Positions 54,418-64,000 of a DNA stretch of 64,000 nucleotides are shown piece by piece. The position numbers were made by a program, and so were the translations under genes. Source of the DNA: Octopus vulgaris (lineage: Eukaryota); contig OX597831.1 of assembly GCA_951406725.2 (NCBI GenBank), forward strand, positions 10,974,001 to 11,038,000. Direction: 5' to 3'. The notes beneath the pieces are model-generated. The model searched no databases. It was not told the DNA's origin and saw nothing but the letters and a program-made list of their open reading frames with translations. Position 1 is the first letter of the stretch. Each line of letters opens with the position of its first letter.

Positions 54418-55854
54418 AGAATCCTTTAGAATATAGTGTTAAAGAAAGAAATTTCACGGGGAAAACCATGCTCAGCTTTTCAGAAGTTCCCTTTTTCCCT
54501 CAAGCAGTTTGTAATATATGCAAATTTCTACGCAACGCAAATTTTCATCGCATGGAATTGCTTATATCAATATTCTATCGAAAGTAAAGTATGAATGTTT
54601 CGTGTTCTTTGTTTTGTATTGTTTTACTTTCTCAAGCTATCCAAGGGGAAATTACTTTATTTTCACGTTCCCGTAGCCAATACTTACATTGTAAATACCA
54701 AAAAAAAAAAAGGAAAAAAAGAAAGAAACAAAAAACATAGAAAGTATGAATGGAGGAATTTGTGTTTAGTGTCTGGTATGTTTAGCAATTTGTAAAACTC
54801 TTGAAAACATTAGCGTAAAAGTTTCTTTTTTTTTTTAATATCCGATTCTCCTAGAAAAGAGAATTTATAACGTTTCCAACAAGAATTGATGGCGAACCAA
54901 ATGCAAATAATCCATGTTATACTCACCCCATCGACATATCTTATTTTGAAATATTCGTCAGTTTATGACCCCATAGGGTATCACGTGCAGTAAATACTGC
55001 CAAACGATTTTTCTCACAAATTTACAAACACATTTTTTACAGCGCTCCTTTCAAATGGATATTACAAATAAGGATAGCAAAACACGAAACAAATAGTTTG
55101 ATCGATAAATGGGACGTTTCAGAGATGAGAAATATTTAACATCTAATATTGATTATTCCTTCCTGATAAAATGGTGTTCACGAAACGGCAATGCCAAAGG
55201 GGAAGACGACCTTGCAGTTTAACCCCTTTATTTGGCGAAGATATGAAGATATACTACAAACAGCAATAATTAAATAAAAAAGCAACTCAACGTGCTATTT
55301 ACCGTCTTCAAGTACATATTTATGGTTGAGAAGTGAAATAACATCGTATTCGGTATAAAAGAAGTGCAAGCTAAGAGTAATGTTCAGATGTATCCTCTTC
55401 CAATCATCACCACCGCTAGAGCCTTCTTTTTCTACCAGCACATCTTTCTTTTATGTTTTTTGCGAAGTATAAAGCACAAGGGAAACAAAACGAGGGAAAA
55501 ACTGACGTCAGCAAATTTAAGATGGCAGAAAAGGAAGCAGAAATGAACGATACACTTCCCTTAAGTAATTTGGAGGAATAAAAAGCAGCAAGCAGTTCGA
55601 TGGAAGTCGGAAATACTTTGCCTCATATCGAGGATATGTTGGTTTTAAAGAACACCAGACATTCTCTCTGAAGGAGTCGCTTTTGGTCGTGAAATCTCTC
55701 TGACGATGTCGTTTCATGTCTGACCAATAAAATCCAACGGAAGAGCTATAAAATTTCTCTTCATACAGCAAGGATTAAACCGAGGCCATGAAAGAATATG
55801 TTTTATGATCTTTTTCCTCTTAGCTGTAAGTGATATTTATCTTTTTGTTTTTTT

Positions 55855-56070
55855 ATGTCTTGCTTGTTGCTATCACTAGACTGCGGCCATTCTGGGGCAC
55901 CACTGTACTTTTATTCAGATTTTAAGTCTGGTTCTTATCCTATCTCTCTCTTTTACGGAACGACTAAGTTACGGGGATGTAAGCAAACCAACACCTGCTA
56001 TCAAGCAGTGGTAGGGGACAAACACAGATAGAAAGACACACACACACACACACACATATATATATTTATA
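55855..56070 (-). mobile_element. SINE family C 3' half
   Basis: GACTGCGGCCAT..GGGGCACCAC...CTAAGTTACGGGGATGTAA...ACAAACACAGA. Confidence 0.75.
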
Positions 56071-56290
56071 TACGAAGAAGAGTCAAAAGGTACACGCACT
56101 CTTGTCTTTTCAATATATTAACCCAAAAGCCGTGGATAAAAAAGTACGTCCTTTTCTATATAGTCTCCTTCATTTTCGATGCATTTGGTCCAGCGGTCCA
56201 CAAGCTTGCGTATTCCCTCCAAAAAGAAGGTTTTTGGTTGGTCGTTCAACCAGTCATGCACCGCTTCCTTCACATCTGTGCTCAGTGGAT
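56071..56290 (-). mobile_element. Mariner 3' end (transposase C-terminus and TIR)
   Basis: DVKEAVHDWLNDQPKTFFLEGIRKLVDRWTKCIENEGDYIEK; TIR-like TACGAAGAAGAGTCAAAAGGTAC, similar to the TIR at ~20233. Confidence 0.85.
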
Positions 56291-57609
56291 TGTACGCTGA
56301 AAGACAGAAAAGAGACAGACTGACGTTTCGGATTAATTTCACTGGAATCCTTTCTCAAAGTAGAAAGAAAAAGAAAGGAATAAGAAAAAAGAAACAAAAC
56401 AAAACATGATACCTCTTCAAAGCACGGGTGTTTCTTGTGATTCTTTGTCTGTCAATGTAGAACAAGAGATAAACAGTGAAGGTCACAAAAGAGTAAAATG
56501 AAGTATTTATAAAAAATTAAGTGTAAGGGTTGCGAATTTTGCTTTTAATAAGTAGGGTGCAGGTAGATAGTGAGATTCTGAATTCGAAACAAAAAAAAAC
56601 GATTAAGGATCTGTGTGAGAATAGAACAGACGAGTTGTTGTTAGAACTGTCCGACTGCTGTGAGGAATTAATAATCTAACGCTTTGGTTTCTGGTTCTTT
56701 GTCTGAATATTGAGAAACACAGAGAGTGTTATTCTCTTGCTGACAAAGTGACAACAACATTTTATCTGCTTCATTCACAGATGAAGGGCATGTAACTGAA
56801 ACAAAATGACTCTTCACCTCTCAGGGCCACTGAACTTGTCAAACTCTTCAACGAGAATCTCCCACCTAAATATTTTAGGCCACAACACGAAGAATCTCAG
56901 ACAAATTCATTTCAGCAAGTAACACGCTTGTTCGAGTGGGCCATAATTGTAAACATGAGCCGGAGAGCAAAAGAGCTTTGGCGTCTGTACGAAATCGGAT
57001 TAAATCAACGGTTTCTAAACTTCAATATTGTGGAAGATTGATTTTATCTTTTAATTCATTCATGTATATTTTCAAATCAATAGGCCAAACTCACACACAA
57101 AATAAACAGCGATCACTTTTGAAAACAATGAAGCAATGTTATAGAAATGTTCCGTTGGCCAATGGCGTTCATTGATTTCTTCATTTCATTACCAAATTCC
57201 TAATGCTCATCTTAACAGACAAGCTGACATGACTGATTTTATTCTTCTGTCATGCTGTTTTTTTCTATTTTAATTTTCTTTTCCTTTTTGTCCATTCGTT
57301 TTTTGTTCTTTTTTATCAGGGATTTATAAAATTGAAGAAAATCTCAAATGAATAAAAAGATATTAAAAATAAATCTTGTTATTTTACTGCGTGTTTAGAT
57401 TGAGAAATTAGCATCATTCAAGTAAAAATTATGGAAATCTTTTATAAATATTAAAGCGGAAATTCCTTATGTATTTACTTAACGTTTTAAGCGATATATC
57501 GATGCGATGTCACAGCTGGCTGCGAGGAGTGGCTGTCGGATAAGCAGTGGACGCTTCAGTGGTTTGTTGCCATTCAATGGCACTGTCTTTTGTTGATGAA
57601 CAAGAAAAC

Positions 57610-58014
57610 TAGTAGATAGATGTAGAGGTTGAGAAGTACATAGATAGGTGGGTAGCAAAGTAGACAGACAGATAGATGGGTAGATAGTTAGATAGACACA
57701 TACATACATAAAGACAGACAAACTGACATACCAACATAAATAGATACATGTATGCATAGATACATACATAAAGACACAGACAGACATACCGACATAGATA
57801 GATGCATACATGCATACATACAGACAGACAGTCAGGCAGGCAAGGCAGACGGACAGACATAGACATAGACAGATAGACAGTCATACAGACAGACAGACAG
57901 ATAGATAGACACATACATACATAAAGACAGGCAGACAGACCGACATAGATAGATAAATACATACATACGTACATACAGACTGCCAGGTAGACATGCAGAC
58001 GGACAGACATAGAC

Positions 58015-58094
<80 letters not shown>

Positions 58095-58386
58095 GTTGAC
58101 AGACGAATAGATAATTAGATCGATAGGTAAATGGGTAGAAGTCTTACAGATGCAAGCATCGATGGTGCTATACTTTGGACTGGCAATTTTATGTGTGCAT
58201 CGCATTTAGTTGAAGCGCTGAAATTTAAGTGTTGCAATTCGAATCTGATCTAATATCCTGCTTCAAATAACAATTCTAGATCACTTNNNNNNNNNNNNNN
58301 NNNNNNNNNNNNNNNNNNNNNNNNNNNNNNNNNNNNNNNNNNNNNNNNNNNNNNNNNNNNNNNNNNNNNNNNNNNNNNNNNNNNNN

Positions 58387-58454
<68 letters not shown>

Positions 58455-58530
58455 CCTATCTATCTATCTATCTATCTATTTATCTATCTATCAATCTATC
58501 TATCTATTTGTCTGTCTGTTTGTCTATCAG
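57610..58530. repeat. (GAYA)n/(GATA)n tract, assembly gap, then (TCTA)n tract
   Basis: Directly visible. Confidence 0.9.
58287..58386. other. Assembly gap (100 N, probably of unknown size)
   Basis: Run of exactly 100 N. Confidence 0.98.
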
Positions 58531-58849
58531 CCCACCTATGTACAGTAAACAAGAAAGAGAGAGAGAGAGAGAGATGGGGAGAGAGAGATGGGAAAGATAG
58601 ACTTTAGCACATATGTGTAAATATGTTGTTTATGCAACCATAAACACACACAGAGACAAACCCCAACACAATCATTCGTGCTAAGGTGTATTTCTCATCC
58701 CTCGCTGCGCGTGCGCGCGTAGACCAGATAAATAAATAGACAGATAGAGAGACACCAACTTTCAATTGACATTCAATTAAATCACAGACTGTAGGAGTTT
58801 GGCATAGGCTTACACAATGTACATGCGTTTGTGTGTCTCTAAGTATATT

Positions 58850-58891
<42 letters not shown>

Positions 58892-59513
58892 TATGTATGT
58901 ATGTATATGTATACATATGTAAAGCATATATACATATATATATACATACATATATATATACAATATACATATATATATGTATATATAATATATATATATA
59001 TACATATATTTAATTATATATATATATGTATGTATATACATATATATATATGTATATATGTATATATATATATATTTATATATGTATATATATACATGTA
59101 TATATATATACATATATACACATATACATATATACATACATTTATATATATACTTGCATTTATATATATATATATATGTGTAAATATATATATATATATG
59201 TATATATATATACATGTATATACATAAGAGCACTGAACATATTTTTACAAACACACACACGTATACATATATATATATATATATATACACAGACACATGT
59301 ATACATACCCGCACACACACACACACGTATATATGTATGTATATTTGTATATATATATATATATGTACCTAAAGTCTATGCAGTTGTGATGTAGGAACAA
59401 ATTTCTGCTTATGTACAAGTAATGATAGAAGGATCGGGGAAAGAGGAAAGAGGGAAGGGCAAAGCAATAAAAACATCAATAGCAGCAACAACAACAACAA
59501 CAATGGCAAGACC

Positions 59514-59548
<35 letters not shown>

Positions 59549-59859
59549 AACCGATAGCAACAACAACAACGATAACAATACGTTAACGCAAGTCACTGAC
59601 GATGCGATGTGACGTTAAATACGGGGCGTGTGGTGAAGCTTTGCAGAGGGGGTGGGGACTATTGGCAGGAATGGCCACAAATACAACAATAGCAACATCT
59701 ACAACAACAGCAATAGCAACAACAGTGACGAAAATAGCAACACGAAAAGGAAATTGTGAAAGTGTTTAACACGAAGGAAAGACATCGACATTGACCGTAG
59801 ATAAAACAAGAAACGATGTTTGTAAGTGATTTAGAGAGCTCTTGCCTGTGTGTGTGTGT

Positions 59860-59907
<48 letters not shown>

Positions 59908-60053
59908 GAGAGCAAGGGAAAGTCGGAGGGGAGGGGAGAAGAATAGGGCATAAATATGTTAATATAAGTGTGCATAGGTGTAATTGTGTGATGTGTGTGT
60001 GTGTGTGGAGTGGGGGCGGAGGCAGTGCGTGTCTGTGTATTGACGGTTTAGAA

Positions 60054-60085
<32 letters not shown>

Positions 60086-60252
60086 GGATGTATGTATGAA
60101 TGTATAGTATAGTGTGTCTGCATGTTGTGTGAATGCTAGAGAGAGAGAGAGCGAGAAGAAAGAGAAGTGAGAGAGAGAGAAAAGCTAGAATCAGAAATAT
60201 ATACATTGTGTCCGTGTGTGCACTCATTGACATTTACGTATAGACACACACA

Positions 60253-60289
<37 letters not shown>

Positions 60290-60331
60290 TACATACACAA
60301 ACACAGTCATATACATGCATGTATATATAAA

Positions 60332-60365
<34 letters not shown>

Positions 60366-60493
60366 TATATATTTGTATGTATATATATTTATATATATAT
60401 GTATATATATATACATATATATGTATGTATATATATTTATATGTGTAAGTATATCTATCTATCTATCTATCTATCTGTCTCTCTGTATGTCTG

Positions 60494-60546
<53 letters not shown>

Positions 60547-60617
60547 ATTTATATATATACGTACCTCTCTCTCCCTCCCTCCCTCTCTCCCCCTCCCTCT
60601 CTCCCCCTCCCTCTCCT

Positions 60618-60649
<32 letters not shown>

Positions 60650-60742
60650 CATATAATGGGAGTAAGAAAGACGAAAAGGGAAGACAGAGAGAGAGTGTCT
60701 GTATGTATCAGTTTGATTGAGAAGATTAAAGGCAGAAAAGAT

Positions 60743-60806
<64 letters not shown>

Positions 60807-61619
60807 TGATAGATAGATAGATAGATAGATAGTGTATGCGCATGTATTTGCGCGTGTGTGTGTTTGTGTTTGTGGGGTGAGTGAAGGAGAGAGTCGTGTT
60901 TGGAGGTCGGAGAAAGTTGTTGAGGAGCGGCCATTGTTATAGGTTAGCAATCTTCAAGACACGATTTTGAGATTCTTACGGAGGAAAAGTGAAGAAAAAG
61001 AAAGACGCATTCACAAAAGAGTACCGTGTGTAAAGGGAGATAACCTAGATTAGATGTGACATTTTAATCAGAAAAATGTGCGGATTTGGTAACGCAAAAA
61101 GAAAAAAAGAACAAAAAAGCAAATCGAAAAGAAAGAAAGGGAAAAACAAACAATATCAACAACAACAGCAACAACAACGATAATAAAAACACAAAAAAAA
61201 AGACAAATAAGAAACTCAGAAGAGACGAGCCAACAACAACAAACAACAAATGTGGAACGGAATTACCACAACAACAACAACAGTGACAGATTTAGTTAAC
61301 AACAATAACAAGAGGAAGAAGAAGAATACTGCAAACTAAATGAACAGACAATATCGTTTAACAGATGCGATTGAAGCAGTTTAAGCTGCGAAAGACGGTG
61401 TGGTGGGCACGGATGGTGTGGTTGGTGTGTGGGCGATAGGGATTGGTTAACTAAAACGGTCTTGGAATAAATATGGCCGCAGGAGGATCGGAAGTGAACG
61501 GGTCAAGAGTGCAGCTGGTGTAGGGTTTTTTTTTTTAGATTTGCCTCTTGTTTTGTTTTGTTTTATTTTTGTTATTTTTCTTTCGTTTTGATTTTCATGT
61601 GGCTTTGCACGTTTTAATA

Positions 61620-61633
61620 GTATATATATAAAC

Positions 61634-61700
<67 letters not shown>

Positions 61701-61968
61701 AGTGTGTGTGTGAGTGTGTGTATGTGTGTGTGTATGTGTGTGTATGAGTGAGTGTGTGTGTGAGTGTGTGTGTGCGTGTGTGTGCTGTGTATGTGTGAGT
61801 GTGTGCATGTGTGTGTGTGAGTGTGTGTGTGCGTGTGTATGTGCTGTGTATGTGTGAGTGTGTGCATGTGTGTGTGTGAGTGTGTGTGTGCGTGTGTATG
61901 TGCTGTGTATGTGAGTGTGTGTGTGCGTGTGTATGTGCTATGTATGTGTGAATGTATGCATGTGTGTG

Positions 61969-62032
<64 letters not shown>
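61620..62032. repeat. (TG)n-derived tract with a ~59-bp higher-order unit, then (TA)n
   Basis: GTGCTGTGTATGTGTGAGTGTGTGCATG recurs at ~61782 and ~61841, with a partial copy at ~61900. Confidence 0.85.
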
Positions 62033-62036
<4 letters not shown>

Positions 62037-62087
62037 TAAATGAAAGAATGGAGTCGGACGAAGATGTATATATACATACATAATATA

Positions 62088-62955
62088 TACATGGTCTGAT
62101 CAATAAGTATCCGGACAGTTGCCATACTAACGAACCTAAAGCACGCAGATTGAAGCCGCTCGACAAAGATTGACCTTGAACTCTGCTGCGCATGCGCACT
62201 AAGGTTTAACGTTCTAGCTCACTTCCGCCGTTTACATTAGCGCTTGGAAAGGAGGTGTGCAGCGTCACTGACCATGACAGAGAAAGTTGTCTGGGCGATA
62301 CCTGCTCAGAGGCCTACGCAAAGTTGCAGAATGCGTACAGATAGGAATGTATGCGTCTCATGAGTGGAGGCGTAATGGCCCAGTGGTTAGGGCAGCGGAC
62401 TCGCGGTCATAGGATCGCGGTTTCGATTCCCAGACCGGGCGTTGTGAGTGTTTATTGAACGAAAACACCTAAAAGCTCCACGAGGCTCCGGCAGGGGATG
62501 GTGGTGATCCCTGCTGTACTCTTTCACCACAACTTTCTCTCACTCTTACTTCCTGTTTCTGTTGTACCTGTATTTCAAAGGACCGGCCTTGTCACTCTCC
62601 GTGTCACGCTGAATATCCCCGAGAACTGCGTTAAGGGTACACGTGTCTGTGGAGTGCTCAGCCACTTATACGTTAATTTCACGGGCAGGCTGTTCCGTTG
62701 ATTCGGACAACCGGAACCCTCATCGTCGCAACCGACGGTGTGCTTAAAAAAAATATGCGTCTCATACGAGTGTACGAGTGGTTCAGACGTTTCCAAGATG
62801 GCCGAAAAAATGTCGATTTTGACGAACGTTCAGGGAGACCCGCAACGAAGAGAACCGAGAAAAGCATCGCAGATGTGCGGCAACTGTGAGGGGAAATCGT
62901 CGAGTCACCATCCATGAGTTATGAGAGAATATGCAGATTAGTTAAAGTTCAGTTC
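62088..62955 (+). mobile_element. Decayed mariner 5' portion interrupted by SINE B
   Basis: TA+CATGGTCTGATCAATAAGTATCCGGAC TIR; LGDTCSEAYAKLQNAY..CMRL|IRVYEWFRRFQDGRKNVDFDERSGRPAT..NRRVTIHEL (mariner HTH). Confidence 0.88.
62365..62753 (+). mobile_element. SINE family B nested in mariner
   Basis: TSD TATGCGTCTCAT at 62350-62361 and 62754-62765; short A tail. Confidence 0.92.
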
Positions 62956-63074
62956 GAACTCACGATATTTCGACCGCGAGTCCGCTTCTCTAACCACTTG
63001 GCCATATGCCGCTACGTATGAAAGCAGTCAACAATAAAATCATAATGAACGCTTAGTCTCTCTAGATTAGGGGA

Positions 63075-63282
63075 CAGAATGGTTTGCACGTCGGTCAAAA
63101 TATTTAACGGCATTTCATTCATTTTTATGTCCAGTGTTCAAATTCGCCGAGGTCAAGTACGCTTTTCATTCTTTCAGGGGTCGATAAGATGAGTACCAGT
63201 TGAGCAGTTTAGTCGATGTAATCGATCTGCCTCCTCCTCTTCCAAAATTGCTGGCTTTGTGCCAAAATTTGAAACCAATATT
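63075..63282 (+). mobile_element. Decayed SINE family A
   Basis: GTTCAAATTCGCCGAGGTC...GGGGTCGATAAGATGAGTACCAG...GTGCCAAAATTTGAAACC. Confidence 0.75.
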
Positions 63283-63382
63283 TGTTCTGTCTCACATATC
63301 GAGTTGGCTTTTCTGTTTTCGTTATATTACGTTGCTGACGATACAGAGAATCACACAAGTGATCTATAAATTACGCGTAAGT

Positions 63383-63715
63383 CATACACACACACACACA
63401 CATACATACATACATACATACATACATACATACATACATACATACATACATACATACATACACACACATACATACATACATACATACACATACGCACACA
63501 TACATACATACATACATGCATGCATACATACATACATACATACATATGCATATACACAAACGTACATACATACATACATACATACATGCATGCATACATA
63601 CATATACACACACACACACGTCCACACACACACACACACACACACATACATACTTACACATGCATACACACACACGTACATACATACATTCACACACACA
63701 CACATAGATACACAC
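63383..63715. repeat. (CATA)n/(CA)n microsatellite
   Basis: Directly visible. Confidence 0.95.
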
Positions 63716-64000
63716 AGGTGGACTGTGTGTAATTCTGCCCCAATTACCCATCGCCTCCTCCCCCAGACCTATTCAGTCGTCTTCAAATACTAAGGCGACA
63801 TTTGAAGCAAAGAAGATTTGCTAATCGTTAAACATTGCCTTAACTAGTTTAGTTCCTTCTCAGAACAGTTGTTCACATGAAGAAGCGCTAGATAAATAGG
63901 ATAGTCTCCCTCCCATTTCAAGACAATTTTGTTGATTGTCCCAAGAGAATATTCCAGAAATGTCCTGATTCTAATGTTCTGTATTACCTTCGTTAAGTAG

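Noticed and set aside
57479-63793. Long YI/HT/CV-repeat ORFs up to 250 aa
   Set aside because: They are translations of (TA)n, (CA)n, (GATA)n and (CATA)n tracts.

Overview
AT-rich eukaryotic genomic DNA with no supportable host protein-coding exon, most likely intronic or intergenic. The SINE families and microsatellite load suggest a cephalopod (Octopus-like) genome; this is an inference. Almost all listed ORFs are translations of microsatellites or SINEs. The window holds three recurring tRNA-derived SINE families (called A, B and C here), several with clear target-site duplications (TSDs). It also holds decayed LINE fragments (Dong/R4-like, RTE-like, CR1-like), four mariner fragments, a hAT-like MITE and a 100-N gap. 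The most notable signal is a set of minimal type-I hammerhead ribozyme motifs of the Penelope-like (PLE) kind from at least three sequence families. One of these lies in a palindromic element (53425-54000) whose arms each join a tRNA-like Pol III head to a hammerhead. A second unexplained feature is a ~1 kb array (24385-25357) of a conserved 16-bp TGCAGTTAATGTTGCA core, spaced at 36-37 bp in its central part, with more variable linkers.
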